This document shows, one piece after another, positions 1-9,609 of a stretch of DNA of 64,000 nucleotides. The stretch spans positions 3,104,001-3,168,000 of the forward strand of contig OZ240219.1 in NCBI GenBank assembly GCA_965197645.1, written 5' to 3'. Origin of the DNA: Dehalococcoidia bacterium (GTDB taxonomy: Bacteria > Chloroflexota > Dehalococcoidia > Plut-88900). Numbering within the stretch: the first letter of the stretch is position 1; every line of letters begins with the position of its first letter. A model generated the notes under the pieces. That model made no database searches, was not told the origin of the DNA, and saw only the letters and a list, made by a program, of their open reading frames with translations. A program made the translations under genes and the position numbers.

Positions 1-81
1 CTAGTGCAATCCCAATTTAGTCTTGTTGCCTAATCCCACCCTCTCCGCCATCCGAATCTGTCTCAGCTTCCATTCTCAACA

Positions 82-270
82 GAGCTTGTCTCAAAAGTAC
101 CGATGTTTTGGTCCCAACTGCCCGCCCCCGGGATGTTTTGTAACTGGGGGAACATCCCCCAGTCCTCCTTCTTGGCGAGGAATGGAGAAAAACTAAAATA
201 GTTTCTGAGGGACACCCTTAGACTCCTGGCAAAGGGTCTTCGCCCCGCTGCACACCCCGTGTTGCATCAA
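82..270 (+). repeat. Composite repeat: left part of the 143-bp MITE fused to module B (GAGGGACACCC..AGACTCC..CTGCACACCCC)
   Basis: GAGCTTGTCTCAAAAGTAC...GGGGGAACATCCCCCAG matches 23929 and 45287; the remainder matches 19809-19940 and the reverse complement of ~47682-47730. Confidence 0.8.
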
Positions 271-422
271 ACTGTCAAGGCTGTTCGCCAGGGGCGACAA
301 GCCTGCGGATACAACCTGAGGTGCATCGAAGGGCAACCCAGCTTGGGAACAAATAGCGCTTCAACAGCTATGACACCGCGCCTCTGTACCGGTTTTCCGC
401 CGCTATGTTAGAATCGATTCAT

Positions 423-1535
423 ATGGACGATCTCAAATACTGGGTAGCGTTCAACCGCATCAAGGGCATCGGCCGGGTGCGGTACACTGCTTTGGAAGGC
501 CACTTCGGCAATCTGAAGGAGGCTTGGAGCGCCGACTCTTCTGAGCTTAGACGGGCCGGCCTCGACCGCCGCTCGATTACCAACATCACATCCAAACGCC
601 GTGAGATCGATCCCGACGCGGAGATGGACGCTCTGCAGCGGCTCGGAATCAAGGCAATCACCTGGAACGATACGGCATACCCGGCCCCGTTGAAGGAGAT
701 ATACGATCTGCCGCCCGTTCTCTACTCCCGAGGTTCCCTCGAAGGGGAGACCGAGTGGGCCATCGCCGTCGTGGGTACGAGACGAGCCACCGCTTACGGC
801 AGGGAGATGACCGAGATACTGGCCACCGACCTGGCCCACAACGGCATCACCGTGATAAGTGGGCTGGCCCGGGGTATAGATGCCGTCGCTCATCGGGCCG
901 CCCTGAAAGCCGGCGGCAGGACCATAGCGGTACAAGCCTGCGGGCTGGACATGGTCTACCCATCGGAACATGTGAAGCTGGCCCAGGAGATCATGGAGCA
1001 GGGCGCGCTGGTAAGCGACTATCCCCTGGGAACGCTGCCCCGAGCGGACCACTTTCCCCGGCGGAACCGGATAATGAGCGGTTTCTGTCTTGGTACCCTG
1101 GTCATCGAGGCCGACCATGGCAGCGGTGCCCTCATCACCGCCGATTACGCCCTGGAGCATAACCGGGAGGTCTTCGCCGTGCCGGGCAGCGCCCTTTCGA
1201 CGAGAAGCCAGGGCACCAACAGGCTCATTCGAGAAGGGGCCAAGCTGGTCACGCGGGTCGAAGACATCCTGGAAGAGCTGAACCTAACCATGGTGCCTCA
1301 TCAGATGGAGATGAGGGAGCTGGCGCCTCCGACCGATACCGAGTCGCTGTTGCTGGACCATATATCTCACGAACCCATACATATCGACGAGGTACAGCGC
1401 CTCTGCAACCTGCCCATCGCCACGGTGAGCAGCACCCTGGCGATGATGGAGCTGAAGGGAATAGTAAAACAAACAGGCCCAATGAACTACGTCATGAGCC
1501 GAGAGGCCCAGGCGAGCTACCGGGCAACTGCATAG
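423..1535 (+). CDS. dprA: DNA-processing protein DprA
   Basis: AVVGTR, VISGLARGIDAVAH and FPRRNRIMSG motifs, C-terminal wHTH; upstream of topA; ATG 423 preferred over 405. Confidence 0.95.
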   Translation: MDDLKYWVAFNRIKGIGRVRYTALEGHFGNLKEAWSADSSELRRAGLDRRSITNITSKRREIDPDAEMDALQRLGIKAITWNDTAYPAPLKEIYDLPPVLYSRGSLEGETEWAIAVVGTRRATAYGREMTEILATDLAHNGITVISGLARGIDAVAHRAALKAGGRTIAVQACGLDMVYPSEHVKLAQEIMEQGALVSDYPLGTLPRADHFPRRNRIMSGFCLGTLVIEADHGSGALITADYALEHNREVFAVPGSALSTRSQGTNRLIREGAKLVTRVEDILEELNLTMVPHQMEMRELAPPTDTESLLLDHISHEPIHIDEVQRLCNLPIATVSSTLAMMELKGIVKQTGPMNYVMSREAQASYRATA

Positions 1536-1543
1536 GAAACAAC

Positions 1544-4015
1544 ATGGCAAAAGAGCTTGTAATAGTGGAATCTCCGGCAAAGGCCCGGACCCTGGAGAGA
1601 TACCTGGGTAAAGACTACGTTGTGATGGCCTCCCGAGGCCACGTGCGGGACCTGCCTCAGTACCGGTTCGGCGTCGATGTAGAAAAAGACTTCGAGCCGA
1701 AATACGAAGTCCCCAAAGAGAAGAAGGACGTCGTGAAAAAGCTGGCGGATGCGGCCAAGAAGGCCTCCACCGTCTACCTCGCCACCGACCCGGACCGGGA
1801 GGGCGAAGCTATCTCATGGCACCTGGTCCAGGCCTCCAAGATCACCGATACTCCGATCAAACGGGTGGTCTTCCACGAGATCACCGAAAACGCCATCAAG
1901 AGCGCCTTCAAGAAGCCCCGAGAGATTGACATCGATCTCGTAAACGCCCAGCAGGCGCGCCGCGTGCTGGACAGGGTTGTCGGTTATCGCCTCAGCCCCC
2001 TCCTGTGGAGGAAAATCGAGAAGGGTCTTTCCGCTGGACGGGTGCAGTCCGTAGCCCTGCGTATAATTGCGGACCGGGAAGCCGATATCCAGGCCTTCGT
2101 CCCCACCGAGTACTGGTCCATCGAGGCCGATCTGAAAAAGCAGGGGAAGGGAGCCCAACCCAAGTTCAAGGCTGCGCTGCACAGCCGGAAGGGCGTCAAG
2201 GGCAAGCTTTCGATAGCGGACCAACAATCGGCCGAGGAGATAGTGCAGCGCCTGGATGGCGCCTCCTATGCCGTGGCCAAGGTGGACAAGAAGAAGCAAC
2301 AGCGCAAGCCGTCCGCCCCCTTCACCACCAGCACCCTCCAGCAGGAAGCATGGCGGAAGCTGAGGTTCACTGCCAAGCGCACCATGGCCATCGCCCAACA
2401 GCTTTACGAAGGGCTATCGCTGGGGCCCGAGGGCCAGGTGGGCCTGATCACCTACATGAGGACCGATTCCACCTCCGTCTCCAATGAGGCCCGGAACCAG
2501 ATCCGAGCCTATATCGACGAAAAGTACGGCTCTCAATACCTGCCACCTTCTCCGAGAAGCTACACGAAAAAAACCAAGGGCGCCCAGGAGGCCCACGAGG
2601 CCATCCGTCCCACTAGCGCCGACCGAGACCCCAGCGTTATCGCCGACTACCTCTCCTCTGAGCAGCGCCGTCTCTACGAGCTGATCTGGAAGCGGATGGT
2701 CGCCAGCCAGATGTCCAACGCCGCCGTGGAGGCGACCTCGGTAAACATCGAAGCAGAGGGCAGGAAGGCGGCTCCGCCATCGGTGAACGGCAAGGTAAAG
2801 GACAAGAAGTCGGACAAACCGTACGTCTTCCGCGCCTCCGGCTCGGTGATTACTTTTCCCGGCTTCCTGGTGCTCTACCAAGAGGACCAGGACGAGCAGA
2901 AGGCTGAGGATGGACAGAGCAACCTCCCTGAGCTGACCGTCGGGGAGGGGTTGAACTGCGCCAAGCTTTCTCCACTCCAGCACTTCACCCAACCGCCGCC
3001 TCGATACACGGATGCCTCGCTGGTAAAGGCCCTGGAGGAGTACGGGATAGGCCGGCCCAGTACCTACGCCCCCACCCTATCGACCATTCAGGACCGTCGT
3101 TACGTAGATAAGCAGAAGGGTCGGTTCCAGCCAACGGACCTGGGCATTACCGTAAACGGCCTCCTAAAGGAACACTTTCCGAACATCGTCGACCTGGGTT
3201 TCACCGCCGAGATGGAGGAGGAGCTGGACGAGATCGCCCGGGGCGAACGAAGCTGGCCGCCGGTAATTCGGGAATTCTACGAGCCGTTCCAGGAATCGAT
3301 CAAGAAGGCTGCCGAGGCCATACCCGACGAGGCTGAGGGCATGGACTGCGACGTTTGCGGTAAGCCCATGGTGGTGAAAGCCGGTCGAAGGGGCAGGTTC
3401 ATAGCCTGCACCGGCTACCCCGAGTGCAAGAACACCAAGCCTATACCCGGATCGGAGGAGGACGCAGAAGAGGAGAAGATAGACGAGACGTGCGACAAGT
3501 GCGGCAGCCCGATGGCGATCAAGACGGGTCGCCTGGGCAAGTTCATCGCCTGTACCGGCTATCCCAAGTGCAAGAACACCAAGCCTATACCCGGATCGGA
3601 GGAGGACGCAGAAGAGGAGAAGATAGACGAGACGTGCGACAAGTGCGGCAGCCCGATGGCGATCAAGATGGGTCGCCTGGGCAAGTTCATCGCCTGTACC
3701 GGCTACCCCAAGTGCAAGAACACCAAGCCCTATTTGATAAAGACCGGCGCCAGTTGCCCCGAGTGCGGCGGCGACATCGTGGAGAAGGTGAACAAGAAGG
3801 GCCGTACATTCTATAGCTGTGCCACCTACCCAGCTTGTAGCTACGCCGTGAGCCAGCGACCTCTTACAACGGGCTGCCCCGAGTGCGATGGCCTGCTGGT
3901 GGTCTCAGGGCGGGACGGCGCTCGGTGCACCAAGTGCAAGAGCAAATACAAGATCGCCGATCTGCCCGCCGAGCAAGAGGAGGAAGAGGTCAAAGTGGAG
4001 GTCCCCGTCGGCTAG
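1544..4015 (+). CDS. topA: Type I DNA topoisomerase
   Basis: LVIVESPAK, ATDPDREGE, SAGRVQS, ITYMRTD; C-terminal C4 zinc ribbons. Confidence 0.97.
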   Translation: MAKELVIVESPAKARTLERYLGKDYVVMASRGHVRDLPQYRFGVDVEKDFEPKYEVPKEKKDVVKKLADAAKKASTVYLATDPDREGEAISWHLVQASKITDTPIKRVVFHEITENAIKSAFKKPREIDIDLVNAQQARRVLDRVVGYRLSPLLWRKIEKGLSAGRVQSVALRIIADREADIQAFVPTEYWSIEADLKKQGKGAQPKFKAALHSRKGVKGKLSIADQQSAEEIVQRLDGASYAVAKVDKKKQQRKPSAPFTTSTLQQEAWRKLRFTAKRTMAIAQQLYEGLSLGPEGQVGLITYMRTDSTSVSNEARNQIRAYIDEKYGSQYLPPSPRSYTKKTKGAQEAHEAIRPTSADRDPSVIADYLSSEQRRLYELIWKRMVASQMSNAAVEATSVNIEAEGRKAAPPSVNGKVKDKKSDKPYVFRASGSVITFPGFLVLYQEDQDEQKAEDGQSNLPELTVGEGLNCAKLSPLQHFTQPPPRYTDASLVKALEEYGIGRPSTYAPTLSTIQDRRYVDKQKGRFQPTDLGITVNGLLKEHFPNIVDLGFTAEMEEELDEIARGERSWPPVIREFYEPFQESIKKAAEAIPDEAEGMDCDVCGKPMVVKAGRRGRFIACTGYPECKNTKPIPGSEEDAEEEKIDETCDKCGSPMAIKTGRLGKFIACTGYPKCKNTKPIPGSEEDAEEEKIDETCDKCGSPMAIKMGRLGKFIACTGYPKCKNTKPYLIKTGASCPECGGDIVEKVNKKGRTFYSCATYPACSYAVSQRPLTTGCPECDGLLVVSGRDGARCTKCKSKYKIADLPAEQEEEEVKVEVPVG
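3423..3729 (+). repeat. 144-bp in-frame tandem duplication (~2.1 copies) of a zinc-ribbon unit in topA
   Basis: AGTGCAAGAACACCAAGCC recurs at 3423, 3567 and 3711; the two full copies differ at 2 positions. Confidence 0.95.
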
Positions 4016-4084
4016 AGTCATCCTCATCCCCTCGTCCTGCCCGTCCATCGAAGCCAACCCTCCATAAAGTAGAGCGTCAGACCC

Positions 4085-5029
4085 GTGAACCAATATCTCA
4101 AGAGTTTCATCGAACACCTGCAGTGGGAGCGACATCTGTCGCCTTACACGGTGCGAAACTACAAAACGGACCTGCTCCCCTTCTTCGAGTTCCTGAACGG
4201 AGAGGGCGTACGAGACCTGGCCAAGGTTGACAGAAAGCTGGTGAGAAGGTACGTCGCCTGGCTGGCCATGGAACGACGGGTGCGCTTGACCAACAGATCA
4301 GTGAAGCAGGGGCACGATACGCCCAGCGTGGCCCGGAAGCTGAGTGTTCTCCGGTCCTTCTACCGGTTCCTGGTCCGGGACAAGCTGCTGGAAACCAATC
4401 CCGTCTCCCGTATTTCCATGCCCAAGCTGGACAAGAAAGCACCGACTTTCCTTTCCAAGCAGGACGCCGGCAGGCTACTCGAGGCGCCGAACCCCGACAC
4501 CCCCCTTGCCTTGAGGGACAGGGCCCTGCTGGAGCTGCTCTACGCCGCCGGGCTGCGGGTAAGCGAGTTGGTCGGGCTGGACATGGGAAACGTAGACCTG
4601 AAGGCCCGGGAGGTGAGGGTCCTGGGGAAGGGCTCCAAGGAACGGGTGGCCCTCATCGGAAAGCCCGCCCTGAATGCGCTGGAGCACTACATCGGCCAAG
4701 GCCGGGGAAAGCTGGTCGCCAAGAAACACACCGAAGCCCTGTTCCTCAACAGGTACGGCGCCCGCCTCTCAGTGCGCAGTGTGCAGAACATGGTGCGACA
4801 ATACTCGCTGAAAGAGGGGCTTAACCAGAACGTCCATCCTCACACCATGAGACACAGCTTCGCTACCCACATGCTGGACGGAGGCGCCGACCTTCGAGTC
4901 GTGCAGGAGCTTCTGGGGCACGAGAACCTCAGCACCACCCAGATATATACCCATCTCACCACCTCCGAGGCGCGAAAAACCTACACAAAGGCCCATCCCA
5001 GGGCCTCCGACGGCGAGGGGGAGCAATGA
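4085..5029 (+). CDS. xerC: Tyrosine recombinase XerC
   Basis: LRDRALLELLYAAGLRVSEL, GKGSKER, HPHTMRHSFATH, LLGH..TTQIY; dprA-topA-xerC synteny. Confidence 0.88.
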   Translation: MNQYLKSFIEHLQWERHLSPYTVRNYKTDLLPFFEFLNGEGVRDLAKVDRKLVRRYVAWLAMERRVRLTNRSVKQGHDTPSVARKLSVLRSFYRFLVRDKLLETNPVSRISMPKLDKKAPTFLSKQDAGRLLEAPNPDTPLALRDRALLELLYAAGLRVSELVGLDMGNVDLKAREVRVLGKGSKERVALIGKPALNALEHYIGQGRGKLVAKKHTEALFLNRYGARLSVRSVQNMVRQYSLKEGLNQNVHPHTMRHSFATHMLDGGADLRVVQELLGHENLSTTQIYTHLTTSEARKTYTKAHPRASDGEGEQ

Positions 5030-5466
5030 AGGTCCTGGTGGTATACGGCCCTAACCTCAACCGTCTCGGCAAGCGGGACCCGGAGCAGTACGGCACCATC
5101 ACTATGGAGGAGATCAACCGGGCCCTGGAGGAGAGAGCGGCCGAGTTAAAGACAGAGATCACGTTCTTCCAGTCCAACAGCGAAGGCTCTCTGATCGACA
5201 TGCTCCAAGAGGAGTCGGAAGGGGCCGACGGAATCATCATCAACCCCGGCGCCCTGACCCATTACGGGCTCTCTCTGCGTGATGCCCTCGCCGATGCGGA
5301 CCTGCCAATCGTGGAGGTCCATCTGTCCAATATACATGCCAGGGAGCGGTTCAGGAGAAAATCGGTGGTGGCGCCCATTGCTCAAGGGCAGATCGCCGGG
5401 TTGGGCTGGCGGGGCTTCATCCTCGCTCTGGAGTACCTGGCGGAGACGTTGAAAGAGAACGATTAG
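5026..5466 (+). CDS. aroQ: Type II 3-dehydroquinate dehydratase
   Basis: GPNLNRLGKR, INPGALTHY, EVHLSNIHARE. Confidence 0.95.
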   Translation: MKVLVVYGPNLNRLGKRDPEQYGTITMEEINRALEERAAELKTEITFFQSNSEGSLIDMLQEESEGADGIIINPGALTHYGLSLRDALADADLPIVEVHLSNIHARERFRRKSVVAPIAQGQIAGLGWRGFILALEYLAETLKEND

Positions 5467-5499
5467 GTAGTTGACCAACGGTCCAAGGAAGGGTTGAGA

Positions 5500-6576
5500 A
5501 TGGAACAAAGATTAGAGAGGCTTCGGCGGCAACTGGACGAATCCGGGCTGGATACTTTGCTGGTGTCCCAACCCGAGAACAGATTTTACCTATCCGGTTT
5601 TTCCGGGTCGGCGGGATACCTGATCATCTCCCAGGAGCATGCACTAATCGCTACCGATTTCCGCTATTTCGAGCAATCGGAGCGCCAGAGTCCCAACTTC
5701 CAGCTGGTGAAGATGGAGGGGACCAAGAACTGGCTGGCGGAGGCGTTGTCCATTACGAGTCCCAAGCGCCTCGGCTTCGAGGCGGCTGATGTCTCCTTCG
5801 CTCTGTACACCCGGATCAAGAAGATACTATCCGAGATCGATAGCAGCGAGCGACCAAGGCTCATGTCCACCCAGAACGTGGTGGAGTCCTTGCGGATCGT
5901 AAAGGACGAGGTCGAGCTCAAAGAGATCGAAGCCGCCGTGGCCGCCGCTGACGCCGCGCTGGCTGATGTAGTGCCCGCCATAGAGGCCGGAATGACGGAG
6001 AAACAGGTGGCGTGGGAGCTGGAGAAGTCGATGAGGGGTCACGGCGCCGACAGCATCAGCTTCGATACCATAGTGGCCTCGGGGCCCAACGGCGCCCTCC
6101 CTCACCACCGTCCCAGCGACAAGGTGATACAGGAAGGCGAGCCCATCGTCATCGACATGGGCGCGAAGGTCAGGGGCTACTGCAGCGATATCACCCGCAC
6201 CGTAGTAGCCGGCCAACCCGACTCCAAGGTCAAGGAGGTCTACGACACCGTCTTGGCGGCGCAGCTTACGGCCATCGCGACCGTCGCCTCCGGCATGTCG
6301 GGCCACGAAGCCGACAATCTGGCTAGAAGTGTTATCGAAAAGGCCGGGTACGGCGATAACTTCGGCCACTCCCTGGGCCACGGCATCGGCCTGGCCGTAC
6401 ACGAGAATCCCAGGGTGGGCCCCAACGCCGACGACACGGTGGACGCATCGATGGTCTTCACCATAGAGCCCGGCATATACCTGCCCGGCTGGGGCGGGGT
6501 GAGAATCGAGGACATGGTGGTACTGGAAAACGGCAAGACGAGAATACTGACAAAAACGCCCAAAGGGCTGGACTGA
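5500..6576 (+). CDS. Xaa-Pro aminopeptidase (M24 family)
   Basis: GYCSDITRT, HSLGHGIGLAVHE, TIEPGIY, GVRIED; typical aroQ-pepP-efp order. Confidence 0.92.
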   Translation: MEQRLERLRRQLDESGLDTLLVSQPENRFYLSGFSGSAGYLIISQEHALIATDFRYFEQSERQSPNFQLVKMEGTKNWLAEALSITSPKRLGFEAADVSFALYTRIKKILSEIDSSERPRLMSTQNVVESLRIVKDEVELKEIEAAVAAADAALADVVPAIEAGMTEKQVAWELEKSMRGHGADSISFDTIVASGPNGALPHHRPSDKVIQEGEPIVIDMGAKVRGYCSDITRTVVAGQPDSKVKEVYDTVLAAQLTAIATVASGMSGHEADNLARSVIEKAGYGDNFGHSLGHGIGLAVHENPRVGPNADDTVDASMVFTIEPGIYLPGWGGVRIEDMVVLENGKTRILTKTPKGLD

Positions 6577-6585
6577 GGGACCGAG

Positions 6586-7143
6586 ATGATAGATACGGGC
6601 GGACTGCGAAAAGGGCTGACCATAGAGCTGGATGGACAGCTCCACAAGATCGTGGATTACAAGCACATCAAGATCGCCCGCGGGTCTGCCCAGGTGAGGT
6701 TGAAGCTGAAGAATCTCCAGAGCGGCCACACCACCGAGAAGACCTTCCAGGCGGGTTCCCGCTTCGCCGTGGCTCGCATCGAAAGGCGCTCCGCCCAATA
6801 CCTCTACCGGGACGGCGATTTCTACATCTTCATGGACCAGGAGACCTTCGATCAGACCCCTCTCACCACGGAGCTGCTCGACGACACAACCAACTACCTG
6901 ATCGAGGGGATGACAGTGGACATCATCTCCCACGGCGACGTGCCCATCGACGTGGAGCTTCCCTTTTCCGTCGAGCTGGCGATCTCCGATACCGACCCCG
7001 GGTTCAAGGGCGATACCGCCCAGGGCGGCACCAAGCCCGCCACCCTTGAGACGGGACTCATCGTTCAGGTGCCTTTGTTCGTCAACCCCGGAGACAGGGT
7101 AAAGGTGGACACTCGCACCGGCGAGTACCAGGAGCGGGTGTAG
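6586..7143 (+). CDS. efp: Elongation factor P
   Basis: PGFKGDTA..GTKPATLETG, VPLFV..GD..KVDTRTGEY. Confidence 0.95.
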   Translation: MIDTGGLRKGLTIELDGQLHKIVDYKHIKIARGSAQVRLKLKNLQSGHTTEKTFQAGSRFAVARIERRSAQYLYRDGDFYIFMDQETFDQTPLTTELLDDTTNYLIEGMTVDIISHGDVPIDVELPFSVELAISDTDPGFKGDTAQGGTKPATLETGLIVQVPLFVNPGDRVKVDTRTGEYQERV

Positions 7144-7303
7144 GATGGCGCCCGGCTCCCTTTGGGTGAGCCGCGGCAGAATTTGTCCTACAGGGCCCCC
7201 CACTTAGCGGGAGTCCAGAAGGTTTGTTTTTCCTGATGGAAGGTCTGGATTCCGTTACACAAGCCATCTGATCGCTGGCCTTGCTGGGAGCATAGGGTAC
7301 GAG

Positions 7304-8437
7304 ATGAAAAGATTCTGGACAATCATAGGCGTTGTGGCGATGTTGACACTCGCCTGCGCGTCTGAAGCGGCTGAGCTAACTCCTACACCCACTGCCCTGA
7401 CGACCCAGGTCGTGGCCACAACCGCTCCAGTGATAGAAGCGACGCCAACCCCTACCCTTGAGCCGACTTCCACCCCGTCTCCCACTCCAAGTCCAACGTT
7501 CACTCCGACTGCGGTGCCAACCCCGGAGCCCAAGCCTTGTGACACATCGGAAGCATCCAAGTACATTACTAAGCTACGAGACGCTCGCGCCTCATGGGGC
7601 AAGAGAGGGCAACAGATTATACAGGTGTACCGCGAAGCTGCTGCTGATAGAGCCCTGTTGCAGGACGAGGACTGGCAAGTACGAGCTAAGGTGGCAACCG
7701 ACAACTACGAGGACGCTGTTAAGGCTCTGGAGGATCTCGTGCCACCACCACTGCTCCGTCCCGTCCAGGACGACTTTGAGCGATCGGCGAAATACCTATC
7801 CCAGGCCACTACTGCTCTTGTTGACATGGTCAATAACCGTGATCCGGGATTTGGGGACGTCATCGATGAGAATATGGACCTGTTTGAGCAGTTCTTGTCG
7901 AGCGCTTCCGACAAGCTTGATGCACTGTGCCAGCTATCGACGGCCGAGATTGATCCCACGCCCACCGCCACTCCTACGCCGACCGCGACGCCCTACCCAA
8001 CCCCCACACGGACTCCTATATCTTTATTGGAACCGGCTCCTGAAGAGGATGCATACTTCGACGTCGTTGTCGAGATAATGATTGACATAGATGCGAGCCT
8101 TTATGCCTTTCAGAAGTTGGGAGAGCAAGTCAACTCTGATCCTTACAGTGTTTTTGACCAGGGTTGGCGAGCGGACATGGCCGAGGTAGTCGCCCAATTC
8201 TACGATCAGGCCAACCGCATCGACGCCTCTGGGCCCAGCGCGCCCGAGAGCACCCGCCACATCCAGGACGACATGGACAATATTGCTGAGGCCTTGCGTG
8301 GAGCGGGGGACGCATTGACCCACGCTATTGACAACATCGACGCGGCAAGCATGGGGTTAGCCGGCCTGTACATCGACCGCATTCTATTCCTCTTCGATGA
8401 CGTGTTCGATAAAATGGGGAAGTTCTATCGCCCATGA
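7304..8437 (+). CDS. Hypothetical lipoprotein with Pro/Thr linkers and two related helical domains
   Basis: Signal peptide ending LAC (lipobox-like); two PT-rich tracts. Confidence 0.75.
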   Translation: MKRFWTIIGVVAMLTLACASEAAELTPTPTALTTQVVATTAPVIEATPTPTLEPTSTPSPTPSPTFTPTAVPTPEPKPCDTSEASKYITKLRDARASWGKRGQQIIQVYREAAADRALLQDEDWQVRAKVATDNYEDAVKALEDLVPPPLLRPVQDDFERSAKYLSQATTALVDMVNNRDPGFGDVIDENMDLFEQFLSSASDKLDALCQLSTAEIDPTPTATPTPTATPYPTPTRTPISLLEPAPEEDAYFDVVVEIMIDIDASLYAFQKLGEQVNSDPYSVFDQGWRADMAEVVAQFYDQANRIDASGPSAPESTRHIQDDMDNIAEALRGAGDALTHAIDNIDAASMGLAGLYIDRILFLFDDVFDKMGKFYRP

Positions 8438-8582
8438 GCGGAGTAGAGCACTAAGAGGAGCATCGATGCGGCGGTTGAGAAAAAACGTAACAGTCTGTCC
8501 CCCCGAGCAACCCGCATTCGCTACACAGATACAGCAGAGGAAAACTAGTAGAATGATACTACAATGAGGGAGGTATAAAGCG

Positions 8583-8849
8583 ATGGCAGGATTGGACTCT
8601 GAGGCACCGTTTACGGAAGATAGGGATTCTATTGGCCGCGATCTCGACGAGGCTGAGACGATGATCCAGCTCTTGGAAATGGAGACCATCACCGGGGTCG
8701 AGATAGGCACAGAGACGGTGAAACTCTCACCGGAGGAATCCCAAGAATTCAAGTTGACAAAAATAGTGCCAGGGATTCTAAGAGTCCACCACAATCTAAT
8801 AGTGAAGCTGGATTACGAGCTGAACGAACTTCGCAAAAGGAAAGCATGA
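8583..8849 (+). CDS. Hypothetical protein (88 aa)
   Basis: Strong SD GAGGAGGT upstream of ATG; no motif recognised. Confidence 0.55.
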   Translation: MAGLDSEAPFTEDRDSIGRDLDEAETMIQLLEMETITGVEIGTETVKLSPEESQEFKLTKIVPGILRVHHNLIVKLDYELNELRKRKA

Positions 8850-8955
8850 AGCGCTCCATCAGACTGCGCAGCCCCCGATGAAAGAAACAGGCTCTTGTTC
8901 TTCAAGGAATCCTCATTCGCTAAACGGAGATAGCAGGTGCCAACCAACAGGAGAG

Positions 8956-9600
8956 ATGAACATGGAAGGTAAGAAGCTGGTACAGGAGCTGATCGTGCCG
9001 GTGGAGCGGGGCATCGCCTACCGCGTCAACAGGGGCCAGATCCAGCGGGTGATCATGATCGATGGCCCCCAGGTGGGCGACATGGCCGTCTTCAACGCCG
9101 ACAACCACCGGGAGACGTTCGATCCGGCCATATCCTACATCTACAATAGCGTCCAGGGCACCGGCACCGATAAGCGTATCCGGGACTTCTACTCTCGACC
9201 GCCCCATATCAACGTTATGTTAACCGTCACCGAGGATACCGTCGGCTCTCACTGGGTGGTCAACGGCGGCAAGTGCACGCCCTTCCGGTACAAGCTTATG
9301 GGCGTAGATGGATACCATCGGAACTGTTTCGATAACCTGGCCGAAGCCATAGCTCCCTACGGCCTGACCCCAGAGGACGTGCCCGACGTGAACAACATGT
9401 TCATGAACGTGGAGAACGATGAGGATGGCCGCTACCAGTTTCTACCGCCGACGGGCGGGAAGGGCGACTACATAGACCTGCGAGCCGAGATGGACTGCCT
9501 GGTGGCGATGTCGGCCTGTCCCGCGGGCGACCAGTCGATCATCAACGGCGAAGGCCCCGACGCCGGCAACAAACGCCTCAAGATCGAGATCTGGGAGTAA
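8956..9600 (+). CDS. DUF1989 / urea carboxylase-associated family protein
   Basis: GPQVGD, HRNCFDNLAEA, VPD.NNMFMNV, GDYIDLRAEMDCLVAMSACP; SD AGGAG before ATG 8956. Confidence 0.85.
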   Translation: MNMEGKKLVQELIVPVERGIAYRVNRGQIQRVIMIDGPQVGDMAVFNADNHRETFDPAISYIYNSVQGTGTDKRIRDFYSRPPHINVMLTVTEDTVGSHWVVNGGKCTPFRYKLMGVDGYHRNCFDNLAEAIAPYGLTPEDVPDVNNMFMNVENDEDGRYQFLPPTGGKGDYIDLRAEMDCLVAMSACPAGDQSIINGEGPDAGNKRLKIEIWE

Positions 9601-9609
9601 CCCCCGTCG

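Noticed and set aside
4085-5029. Tyrosine recombinase as a prophage or island integrase
   Set aside because: Size, motifs and dprA-topA context fit housekeeping XerC, and no phage genes or att sites were seen.
8850-8955. Possible guanidine riboswitch upstream of the DUF1989 gene
   Set aside because: No ykkC core and no paired ACGR-loop hairpins are visible.
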